Assembly: GCA_051294905.1 (NCBI GenBank)
Contig: CM119376.1
Coordinates: 27,342,001 to 27,406,000 of the forward strand
Direction of reading: 5' to 3'
Origin: Botryllus schlosseri
Taxonomy: Eukaryota
DNA: 64,000 nt
Of the stretch, positions 52,874 to 64,000 are shown one piece after another. The translations under genes and the position numbers were made by a program. The first letter of the stretch is position 1. Each line of letters starts with the position of its first letter. A model generated the notes under the pieces. That model made no database searches. It was not told the origin of the DNA and was given only the letters and a program-made list of their open reading frames with translations.

Positions 52874-53332
52874 TAGGCTTACCATATTTCGGAAATGAAA
52901 AAAGAGGACACTTTTTCAGAAATTTCAGACGTGCAAAACTGGAGAAGAATTCTCAAAAACCGGTAAATTTTTCCCACTTCATGATCGGTTGACTAAAAAA
53001 AAAAAAAAAGGTCTTCACTTCCGCTCAGAGCTCAAAATCACGTTTTTCACTCCACATTGCCGGGTGGGTGACTAAAAAAGAAAAAGAAAAAAAGGTCTTC
53101 TTTTCGCTCAGAGCTGAAATCACCGCTTTTCCCTCCGAAATACCCGCCGGAGCTTCACTTCTGCACTAATTTGCGGCATATCACTCGCAATTTGCTCTAA
53201 ATCTGACCTAAATTTTCAAAAAAGAGGACAAAATCTCAAAAAAGAGGACAAAAGGGCGTCCTCCGAAGACACTTTCAAAAAAAGTCAAAAAAGAGGACAA
53301 ATCCTCTTAAAAGAGGACGTATGGTAAGCCTA
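52874..53332. mobile_element. hAT-type MITE (taggcttaccata family)
   Basis: 13-nt perfect TIR taggcttaccata / tatggtaagccta; perfect 8-bp TSD TCATATAT; gaggac subterminal repeats. Confidence 0.92.
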
Positions 53333-53651
53333 TCATATATATTATATGGTATAGTGTGAACTAACCAAGGTTTCTATAAAATGAGTTCAATAGGACTGTG
53401 CTGAACAGTTCCTATATTTTCCGGAAGACAGAGTCGCTGTAGTAGTTATAATGCATGGACATTTGGTATCAGACCTAGTCAGGTAATTCGCATTAACGCG
53501 ACTGGTAGCGCACTTCTTCTTATGTTCCTTGGCGATCACCAGGCATGGACATTGGACATGGACATGAGCAGGAGGTGGACACCAAATCCACTGTCTTTTA
53601 TGCAACCCGAGTGGGGAAAATGAAAATTCGACTCCTTTGCATTAGGTTGTA

Positions 53652-53828
53652 TTACACAGTTGAATAATATATACTGACGTCGAAATAACCCCGAATATTT
53701 TCGTCTGACACTCGTCAGGAGTAATCGTCAGCAACTGGTAGAGAAAGTTCTCTCCAATTCACTTCTGTTCGGTTTATTTCAATGAATATATTACTCAATT
53801 GCATATTGTAGATCTGTACCTCCAAGAA
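53652..53828. repeat. AT-rich hairpin repeat family, diverged copy 2
   Basis: Shares tacacagttgaataatatat, gtaatcgtcagcaact, gtttatttcaat and tctgta..ccaagaag with 51720-51880. Confidence 0.65.
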
Positions 53829-54378
53829 GCTATTCAGATATTGTATTATGTAAAAATCTCTTTTTTAAATCGAAACAGTCTGAGATCCGTTGGAAACAGA
53901 GCAGGGGTGTGCGTGAGTGGTATAGCATCCTATTGGCTACGATACGTCACAGTCGCCATTTGACAGCTGTGTTCGCGTGTCGATATAAAATAGGTATTTA
54001 AAAGAAAAGACACTCACAGTCGGAGGCTTGGTGTATTTACAAGGGGGCGTTAGCAGTATTTGCTATATGCTGAATGCTAATAATGTGCGAAATGTCGTAC
54101 CTATTCCTGTCGATTCTTGGAATCGGTTAGCGTGCTCTGCATCGTTTGAAGATGCTGCAGTAAACTCGCGAAACGCGCAAACGTTATTTTTTTGGTGTTG
54201 TTTGCTCTTCTGAAACCGAAATTTATATATGGATGTATTATTCAAATGTTTATAGAAGTTCTGTTCCTACGAGATTCTCCTCAAAGAGCATGCGGCATTG
54301 CTAACGAGAACACACATTTCATCCGAAGAGTTGTAGTTGTTACGGATCGCAGTCATGTTACTAATGATGTTATTATTA

Positions 54379-55136
54379 TTAAAGGCAGTTGGTAATATCG
54401 CCATGGAGACCAAAACATTCGTCGGTTCGAGAATCAGTAACGTTAAAAGCGTCAATATACTCATTGGCAACTCTTGAAAAATTAATTAGTCATCCACCGG
54501 TAGTGGAGTTAACGCTCGCTAACTTGCTATCTTGTGGACATTCCAACTTACAAGTTCTTTCCGCGCATGACTATCTATTTATATCGAAGTAGAACGAACA
54601 GTTGTGTTGTTCAGAGAATTTCATAAGAAAAACAACCACAAGATTGCAATACAATGAAAAGACAGAATTGAGTCGAAATTACATGGTGAAATCAATCAAT
54701 CAAACTATCACTATAGCCTACAAATATAGTAAAAAGGGAAGGGAGTGTTAAAACAGGCATGTACTGTACAATTGTAAACGCAATGAGAAATAGTCTACAT
54801 CGAAAATTAGATGGGTGATGAAGAGACATGACACCATTGAATACAGACGAAGTCGATTCGGTAACTTCAATACCTCCGCTGGTAGTAATCCAATTGAAGT
54901 TGCGTGTAAGTGTCCGATGTTGTAGGACTTGCAGTACTGACAGTGCATGGGTACTTGAGACCCCCCAGTATAGAATGCCATGTAGTACTGCATAGATTGG
55001 AAAATTGAGAAGAAACGAATGGTCAACACTAAGTTCGGAAAGATGGGTGTATGTGCGGCGTATGCGCAACATGTCGCATACGTGGTATAATTTTTCTCTA
55101 TGGTGACTCATGGCTCTTCCAGGACAAGTCTGAACT
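54379..55136 (-). CDS. Candidate 3' part of an unidentified spliced gene
   Basis: Phase-consistent GT-AG chain 55136-55082, 54987-54874, 54574-54552, 54472-54379 gives VQTCPGRAMSHHREKLYH-YYMAFYTGGSQVPMHCQYCKSYNIGHLHATSIGLLPAE-IVMRGKNL-VANEYIDAFNVTDSRTDECFGLHGDITNCL*. No start or recognisable family. Confidence 0.38.
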
Positions 55137-55887
55137 CTGAATCCAGTGATAAACCACAGTATTTGAAAGTTTCAACTCGGGAAATAGGCTATCCACTGCC
55201 AAGCAATGACAACAATGATATATATACAACATACAAATTGTAAACAGTATTTGCTTTTTGTTTATGGGTAGACTTGCCTAGATATTCGATTAAATTTGAT
55301 TCGCAGCATCAATCTCAGGTATATGGCGATCAGAATGAGTTTCGTGGTGTAACCTTTTGCGTCTGTTACTTCAGAATTATAGACCATCCTTGACTCATTT
55401 AAACCTCGATTGCCGCCATTATGTATTTTACCTACGCGATATAGTAATGCCTTTGTAGTGACGGCACCAAAACATTGCGTACCGCCACCGTCACGGTTGT
55501 TGATGGTGTCGCGCAAAGCTCTCTACAGCTTCTTTTGTTTCAGTGATTCCAAACAGGGACCGTGCTGTGTCTAAAGATCACCTCCATACGACCAGGTAGC
55601 GAATTCGTGGATAACAAGAGGGAAATTATTGCTGCAGAATATAGCAAGCAGCCTTTGTCTGAATGTGCTGGCGTGGCACAGGCGGGAGACGGAGCCACTG
55701 GCTTTGCCACACCTCCGGTTGCAATATTAGCAGTACTAGATTGTTCTGGTCTTCTTATGTAGGCACTGTTGTGTTGCAGTATAACCAGCAATCACGGCTA
55801 TCCAACATTACCCAATCATTATGGCTGATATTGTCCATTGCTATTGTGGTCTGTAGCATTTAGGGTGAATATTTCTATATCCACAGT

Positions 55888-56312
55888 TAGGGTTGCATTT
55901 AAAACAAACATATTTAAAACAAGGCCCTTGTTTAAAACATGTTTTTTAGTGTTTTTCTTTGTTTTTTAAGCCATGATGTCACCAATATTCAATTGTGACG
56001 TCATAGTGGATTCACACTCACCATTGAAAGTATAGGGTAAATATAGCGCCTTTGACGATATATATATTTACGTACTATAGCTGTTTAGCCGACTATTTTG
56101 AGGTTTCCAACCATCCCATATCGTGTACGTCGGCACTATAGGGTGGTAGTCGTCCGTAGGCTCATACAACATGTTTTTTGAAAAGTATTTACACAATTGT
56201 GGCATAATTATACAACTTTAAAACAAATTGTTTTGTGAAAAAAGGCCTCTGTTTAAAACACTGTTCTTTTAAAAAGTGTTTAAAACAACCATTTATTTTA
56301 AATGCAATCCTA
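55888..56312. mobile_element. hAT-type MITE (tagggttgcatttaaaa family)
   Basis: TIR tagggttgcatttaaaa / ttttaaatgcaatccta; TSD tccacagt / tttacagt (6/8); ttaaaaca repeats. Confidence 0.85.
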
Positions 56313-56799
56313 TTTACAGTGCACTGTGCAGTGCACTGCTGTATACGTTAAGTTTTAAGGCAAAAATTATGCTATGAGGTTGACGGATATGATATTACAT
56401 TCACATGGTACACTGCTGATTGTTACATCAATTTCGAAGTCAAGGCTTATGCTATGGGTCTGGCTGATATGGTACTACATTTACAAGGTGCGACAAATTA
56501 CCGCTGGTATATCTCACTAATGATATCAAGTGTTTGCTATAGTTGCCATTGCGTATAAAGTTTAGTAGACGCATCCCCGAATGCTATTAACGCATGTTGT
56601 GTTGGTTTTCCAATAACATTAGGCTCACCTATCAGCCCAAATCGCTATTGCGAGATTTTGTTGGAAAGCCGTAGTAGTATCGGTCTTTGTTGTTTGTTGT
56701 CAACAGGGTTCGTTAAAGAGGTCATACAATTCGTATTACCGCTTTATACAGACTTACAATATATCTTTGTTGGATGCGTGTATACAACAACGATCGTAT

Positions 56800-58905
56800 C
56801 ATAGTGTCCTATATGGTGTCGACACAAGCAAATCGCACGGTTCAATGAAATTGTATCACGTCACAGTTTCCATTTGGCTACAGGCAATTTGACGGTGATT
56901 TTTGACTGGCTTGCCGGGCATTAAATTTGATGAATCGGGTATCAATCGAAAGCTGACTCTGCACTGATTACGAAAATATAAATTTTATTCCGCTCGGGGC
57001 CCTGGAACCCCCACAATCAGCCCCCAATTATTCATTGTCGAGTAGATTGGCAGTGTGACGCAACAATGATGTCTGGCGAAACGAGAGACACGCTCAAGAG
57101 CAAGGATGCGGCCGAGCGGCGAGAGTGGGATCAGCTGACGTCGCGGCAATAGCGATGTGCAAACGCGCGACAGAGAAACGCTGCGCTGTTGATACTTTTT
57201 CTATGCGTTTCGGTACAAGCGAGCACACACCAGCCTTTCCTTGACTTGTAAGGGTAGAACTGGGTCCACAGAATGTATTAGGGCCCTACCAATTTTCGCG
57301 CAATATCCTTCAGCTGATAAAGATATGTAGGCTACGTCTAAGTAGTCTACATTGGATATGTCAGATTATTATGATATCGATTGCCTTAGCCCGCTTGTTG
57401 CGTAGGGCTCCAGAGACACGTCGCGCTGTTGATGGCGGGTGTCGATACTTTCTATAGTCGCTTTTATGGTCAAGTGTGAGCAGGGAGCATTGAGCATGAG
57501 CATACATTACAAGCTTTTATTTGATCCGTATGGGTAGGACTTGGTCCGCGAATGCAGCAGGTAAAATGTTGATTGTTGAATAAAGTTTAACAGCAGGAGT
57601 GTCGAATTAGACTGGTATCGCTGTCCGGATTCAATCCGTTACTAGAAAGCTTGCGGGCCATACCTGCCAAATGGTTCCAAAATGTTACCACCAAATTCAT
57701 ACCTTTGTTTTTCACTGGAACATATCTGATATCACTATAAACGTTGACGTTGGAAGTTGGTTTAGCATTTTTCAATCACCAAATAGTTTTTTTGAATGCC
57801 GGGGACCTTTTGCGTCAAAAGTAATACAGTGGTATCACAGATCGAATTATATTCATTATGTAGCCTGTATGTATATTCCTAATGTAACTTACGTAATACG
57901 GATTTGCAGTATTTTTTTCGCATCTGTGAATAACTGAATGTCCATTGTCCATTCGGCCCAACAGAGTTTGCACTTTTTGCCTTCTCGGAATTTGGCAAGG
58001 TCACCGACGTGGTGCTTATGGGGACTAGAGTGAAAACTCAACACTGTAGTTGTATTACTACAATATGATATCTTTACATTATCTAAATTTGCTGTCTTGA
58101 GTGAATCTTATTACTTGAAAGTATATTTTTCTTACTAGAAATATCTCTAACAGCTGAAGGATTGCGCGAAAATTGGTAGGGACCAAATACATTCTGTGGA
58201 CCCAGTTCTACCATTACAAGTCAAGGAAAGGCTGGTGTGTGCTCGCTTTTAGCGAAGCGCATAGAAAAAGTATCAACAGCGCCACGCATCTCTGGAGCCC
58301 TACGCAACAAGCGGGCTAAGGCAATCGATATCATAATAATCTGACATATCCAATGTAGACTACTTAGACGTAGCCTACATATCTCTATCAGCTGAAGGAT
58401 ATTGCGCGAAAATTGGTAGGGCCCTAATACATTCCGTGGACCCAGTTCTACCCTTACAAGTCAAGGAAAGGCTGGTGTGTGCTCGCTTGTACCGAAACGC
58501 ATAGAAAAAGTATCAACAGCGCAGCGTTTCTCTGTGGCGCGTTTGCACATCGCTATTGCCGCGACGTCAGCTGATCCCACTCTCGCCGCTCGGCGGCATC
58601 CTTGCTCTTGAGCGAGTCTCTCGTTTCTCCAGACATCATTGTTGCGTCACACTGCCAATCTACTCGACAATGAATAATTGGGTGCTGATTGTGGGGGTCC
58701 CAGGGCCGCGAGCGGAATAAAATTTATATTTTCGTAATCAGTGCAGAGTCAGCTTTCGATTGATACCCGATTCATCAAATTTAATGCTCGGCAAGCCGGT
58801 CAAAAATCACCGTCAAATTGCCTGTAGCCAAATGGAAACTGTGACGTGATACAATTTCATTGAACCGTGCGATTTGCTTGTGTCGACACCATATAGGACA
58901 CTATG
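56800..58905. mobile_element. 2.1-kb foldback element with ~634-bp TIRs and 7-bp TSD (Galileo/P-superfamily-like, non-autonomous)
   Basis: Arms 56800-57433 and 58272-58905 are near-perfect reverse complements starting CATAGTGTCC; extra 240-nt-period tandem copy at 58141-58282; TSD ATCGTAT (56793-56799, 58906-58912); no transposase ORF. Confidence 0.92.
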
Positions 58906-59075
58906 ATCGTATCATGTTACGTTCACGTGTTGGGCTTATGGATTTCCAGGATGTAGTAAATTAGTGAGTGCTGTGTTTTGTTTCGCTTGAGTGCCTCCGG
59001 TGATCGCAATTTCTAGACGATTATGTCCTATTCGAAGCGACACCGTTAGCGCACACGGGCTATTTCGGTTATAAC

Positions 59076-59591
59076 TAGGGCTGGGCAAAATGATTCGAGT
59101 ACTCGAATCTGAATCGAGTATTAATTTTAATGATTCGAGTCGAGTAGTAAAATACGATTTTTTCGAGTACTGAAATTATACGCTCCTCGCCACTGAAAGT
59201 TAATTTATCAACGAGAATTATAGTTTCAATACTCATTTTCACAGTTGAAGCCTTGAAACCTTGATTGGCGGTATCGTAGCATACGAAACATATAGTACAA
59301 AGCTACGAAAGTTACTGGACGTAGCACATTTCCAAAATCATGATTATGCCACAGAATTTTCACCAAGTGGAATGAGATCGGATGGACAAAATAATACCAA
59401 AGTATCATTTATGAGATGTATAATAGGCATTATATTCTTTATGGTGGCATAAACGGTACATATTTGAACTTTGACTTATTTTATTCAGTTATGACGTCAT
59501 AATGAGTGATACTCGATTACTCGACTCGACTCGAAGCATATTACGTGATTCAGAATCGAATCACTCAGCTACTCGATTTTGCCCAGCCCTA
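59076..59591. mobile_element. hAT-type MITE (tagggctgggca family), copy 2
   Basis: 16-nt TIR tagggctgggcaaaat / attttgcccagcccta (last base matched); perfect 8-bp TSD GTTATAAC. Confidence 0.92.
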
Positions 59592-62244
59592 GTTATAACT
59601 TGCGTATATTATTACTGCAGGCATTGCTACATGCGTTAGGATGGGGTAGGTGAACTTCAAATTACGTGGCGTAATCGTCGTATTAACACCGTGTTTTTCC
59701 GAGGATTTGCCAATGTCCAGCTCCCGTCAATGTTCTCTGCTTTTGAAAGTAAATATGTTTTGGACGTGCTTCAAAATCTATTGCGAAGTCGGCGTGAATT
59801 ATAATCCCAAACAGTGCCTTGGGTATGTCTCTCATACGTGAATCGCCATTTCATTGAGATAACTAGATGTTCTACTTTCGCTAGCTGCAAAACTCAACCA
59901 AATACCATCTCAATCACCAAATTCATGCTTTACACAACACATATTCAATATGAAATCTTGGTACTCACTACCAAACAGAAGGTGTTTACTGTAAACATAT
60001 TAATACCACTAGTGTCGTGTCTTATGCAGTGTAAAACGCCTATAAATTTCGCAGGACTTTTTACAGTGCTACACTTCTACATACATCGACATTGCCATGG
60101 TCTCCTGGTGTTATTGAAAGGTCACAATGCGTCATTTGCATGAACATAATAATCGAATGGGCGTATTGAGGGGCTGTCGAGGTGTTCAATGAATTGGTTG
60201 CTATTTGTCTTGAATACAGTCATTAGTAATGTGTCTGATGACCAATATTATCTTCCAACTTGTTGCAAGACTCACCTCTTTGTGTATGTATAGATTATAT
60301 AACGTGTTTATTAAGCTTTAACCCATTTACTATCACATCAGCCTGCGGACACAACCAGATTTACTACGAGACAAAGCATTGCGCAACTTTTAGAAATATA
60401 CGCGATCGAACACGCCCAAACATGTTGGCACAGAACAAAGCCATTGGCTGCCAGCTGCCTACTCCAACCAAAATATTAGCGGTGCCGACTGCCGAGCACC
60501 ACTAACTTCGCCTGTCATTGAATCAATAAACTCTGTTACAATTCAACATGAAGATTTACAGATTGCGTGAAACAGAGTTAATGAAAAAGATGTTGTTTTG
60601 AGTAGCAGTAGAAATGAAGAATCACCGTAAAGTCGCTGTGTTCTACTGTTGATGCAGTGCTAGAAAGTATATTCTCGCGATGCTGGTCACAGCCACTCGA
60701 CATCAATAATTTCATTTTTGCTCAACGATTACATATTACCAAGCTCTATATGTTTCCTAGCCCTAGAGTAGAGACCGTGCAAACCTGCCTGTCGAGTAAC
60801 GATGAGCTTGAGCATTGGTGAATTGAATACAATATGGTTGACGCTGTCGGAATGGTTCCCCCGAACTGATTCCGTACACTCTTGTGTGAAGTTTGTATTA
60901 GCCGCTTTCCCACAATGAACACCACTATTCATAAATGACCACTCGCGAATAAAATGATATTACAGTATGCAATGCTACTAACGTAATTAGCTATACCATG
61001 AGAAACGTTTGTTGTCATAATTTTGAATGACGAAACGTAAGCTACTGCTATGCAAAGAGGCAATCATCTACTAATGTTAGGAAGTTATTTTACAATTTAT
61101 CGTCTTGGCCGTTAGGTGGCGGAAAAGACAGAGCTTATATTATAGGTCAACTGCGACACTGGCGGATGACCAGCTGTCTCATCGTTGTCGTTTGTTAGAA
61201 ACTTCTACGACTCTTTACATACAGCAGTCCTAGATTTACAGTGGTGAAAGTATTTCTGCGACCCACAGTTGCGAAGCTTCTACTCCGAGACCAACTGCGC
61301 TCATAACATTAAGTGCTTGTTGATATGATGTGATTTACTTCCTGCGAACGTAGTTGGTGACGCACTCCGAATGCAAAAGCACTCCTGCGTGCGTTTTTGG
61401 ATGCGTATTGACATAAACAATTGTACTGGCAACGTGGGCTAGGTAGAACACACCATAGTTTAATATTATTTTGCAGTATCGCAGCGTCATGTTTCAAATC
61501 ACTAGTATCACGTGAGATCACACCGCAAACACTTTTCCTGTAGGAAGCAATCCCACGATTATTCTACAGATCAATATCAAATACCCACTATTGCCCAATC
61601 CGGATTATTCTCGGCAAATGGTATGTTTCTTGATAGCAAATGTCATCTGCGAAGTCACTACAGTGGCGGGCATGATCACGTATATAAATAGATGATGTTC
61701 TTAAATCGAGGTTGGGCGTGTTTTCATAAGGTTGTAACGCCGCGAGAACCAGACAATCAAAAGAATTTCACAGGTATTTTGGTCCCTATGTGGCCGACAT
61801 GGTGTTGCCGATACGTTTTCTAGAATTCTCCCAACATATTCACAGATCACTATGTGTGTCACCAATGTCCACGCCTTTTCACTGCCCTATAGTCGCGTGG
61901 GATCCACTTCTAACATGCATATTACATAACCCTAGTGGTTATATAACCAACGGAAATTAAACCAATGAACTCATGCATCCGGTATGAGCTATCGAAGCAT
62001 GGAACGCCCGCGTGGATACACTATGCGTAGTTTATTACTCTTCGAATTACCGCGGTAGTGTCATGCTATTTGTTTGTTATTACACCGTTACATGATATAT
62101 GACTTGCATCACATGTGTTTTGTCCGGATTATTCAACTGTATATTGAAAAGTCACAAATCACTCATTGAGGTCTGGCTGCAGCTGGCAGAGATCGAAAGT
62201 AACAAGCAAACTAATTTAGTAGCGCATGGCCTTTTAGTAGGCCA

Positions 62245-62760
62245 CAGTGATGAGCTAATACTGATTTCTGAGAATCCGTATCCGTCCTACATCTTGAGTC
62301 TATGATGAACTATCCGTCCGGGTCCGAACAATCCCAACCAAAAATCCACTCGAATCCGAATAATGCGGTCCAGAATCCGAAAAATCCGAATCGAATAACT
62401 TTTGCGAATAGTCCTAATTGTACATCTGAGCAGAGTAGTCTTTACAAATGCTAAGGTTAGGGTTAACTGATCTATATTTACTTGGACCTTTGACAGAAGA
62501 GCTTTAGGGTGCCACCAGTCCTATCAGAACGTGTTTACTTTCCGTGTTAGGTTGTCGAACGGACGATTTTTTGAAATCAAAAGTCACTTTTGGTCAGAAC
62601 TATCCAAAATTATCCGAAGCAAAAGTTACAAGTATCCTAAAATATCCGAAACAAAATCTGCAATATAATCTGCAATATAATCCGAATCCGATCCGACTGT
62701 CTCAAAATGTTGCAAAATCCGGCCCGAACGCTATCCGAGTCCATCCGATGCTTATCACTG
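62245..62760. mobile_element. hAT-type MITE with atccga repeats
   Basis: TIR cagtgatgagc / gcttatcactg; TSD gtaggcca / gtaggcag (6/8); many aatccg/atccga repeats. Confidence 0.75.
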
Positions 62761-62954
62761 GTAGGCAGGCCTGTTTATTTTTGGATTTCTCCAAAAATAA
62801 CAAAAATAGCTTAGTTTTGGATGTTTTCAAATTAAATTTTGGAGAATCTCCAAAAATAAGAAATGAAGGTGTTTTTAGCCCTAATAATACATAGAAAACT
62901 TCACCGAAAGTATGTTAGTATCATGTATTCATGTTCTTCAACACATCGACATCA

Positions 62955-64000
62955 TCAGTGAATTTGATCCAACTGTCTAATATTCGTCACAAAGTCTTTG
63001 GCCTGGAGAATGCCCTCCAAATAAAAATCAGTTGGTGACGCCTGGTAGAGACCTTTCTCCCAGTTGATTTTCGAGAAATCGGCTTCGACCGTCGCAGTTG
63101 TGGGAAACATCGAGCCATGTGGGTCCAAAGAACTGTCGCTCGTCAATAATGCGCTTGAAAGTGACGTCCATTTTATATCAGACAGACATGGATTGGAATT
63201 GGTCTTCGATATTCTGTATCTACTCAGGTGTCCACTTGTTCGACAGCCCACCCCGGTGTTTGTCGATCAATTCACTGATCTGCAAATAAAGTAGCTTACA
63301 TATATGTATCACTCTTGTTTATATTATTAGAATCTAAAAGAGCAAGAAGTGTTTGTTCTGTCCTGCCTACGAGGTTGCACCACTTGATGTGGTAGACAGG
63401 GCAGAACCCTTTCATTGTCGGCAACTTCAATTTTCTTTATGCCGTCGATGAGCCCTGCTATAAGGATCCTGGCTGCCTCGAACGTGGACTGCTTCTCTTC
63501 TTCGTCGATATTCTCGAGAAGGTCGAGGACTGCACAGTGCACACTCTGACCCTCCACAAAATTGCGTGACTCAGTGAACTTGAAATTCCAGCACCCTCTG
63601 ACCAGAGGACATTCCTTGCCGCAGGTGTCATTGTCCCAGTCCTCAGCGGGCACCGAGCTCGAAGGCGTTCGACCAGGCGATGGAGCTCATCCTGATGCTC
63701 CACGATCAGATGACCAAGTCCCTGAATCTTTGTGACGGTAGTGCTCAGCTCTGTGGCCATGCACTCGAGGATGATAAGTTGGATCCACCAATGCAGCGGA
63801 GGTGCACAGGCCGGACTTTTATCGTTTATAACCCCGAGGAGTTTGGTACGGTGTCTAGGCAACCAAGTGGTCATCTTCTTAATTGACAACCAACACGTGT
63901 CTACAAACTTGGGGCACATACTTTTCTTTTCCTGGATCAAGTCCTGTTGCCGTTGGAGGTAGCCATTCAGTCCCATCATCGTGTGGACGAAGTTATTGTT
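62955..64000 (-). pseudogene. Decayed hAT-like transposase of a second subfamily, truncated by the window end
   Basis: Fragments in three frames: MCPKFVDTCWLSIKKMTTWLPRHR...KSPACAPPLHWWI...KIQGLGHLIVEHQ; ...VLPCLPHQVV; ISELIDKHRGGLSNKWTPE*IQNIEDQFQSMSV*YK; MFPTTATVEADFSKINWEK...TDFYLEGILQAK (hATC-like). In-frame stops at 63222-63220 and 63180-63178, plus frameshifts. Confidence 0.85.

Noticed and set aside
55262-55516. INNRDGG motif reminiscent of Penelope GIY-YIG C-termini
   Set aside because: No GIY/YIG or RT motifs nearby.
56792-56800. 9-bp (MULE-type) TSD reading for the large foldback element
   Set aside because: The second family copy mismatches at both outer positions of a 9-bp reading but is perfect at 7 bp.
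62544-62894. 116-aa plus-strand ORF
   Set aside because: It runs across MITE atccga repeats and AT-rich subterminal sequence.

Overview
AT-rich animal genomic DNA with canonical GT-AG introns, many only 57-66 nt. The compact introns are reminiscent of ascidians, but the taxon is an inference. Three secreted-protein genes, all on the minus strand, can be built exon by exon. (1) 5453-8069 and (2) 12159-17987 are tandem paralogs: signal peptide, furin site (RLKR / RFKR), Ser-rich segment, Thr-rich mucin domain, then two six-cysteine chitin-binding (CBM14/peritrophin-A-like) domains, with conserved intron phases and matching exon sizes. (3) 21436-23295 is a micro-exon gene that no single track ORF captures. 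It encodes a ~156-aa signal peptide + non-canonical Kunitz domain (Asp at P1) + Cys-rich tail. The rest of the window is rich in DNA transposon relics: many non-autonomous hAT-type MITEs with 8-bp target-site duplications (TSDs), a MULE-like MITE with tandem-repeat arms, and two copies of a long-TIR foldback family with 7-bp TSDs (Galileo/P-like, one nested in a hAT MITE). Two decayed hAT transposases of different subfamilies lie at the window ends. About 24-46 kb has no gene I can support, only decayed-looking ORFs and possible SINE/LINE remnants. No rRNA, intact tRNA or CRISPR array was seen.
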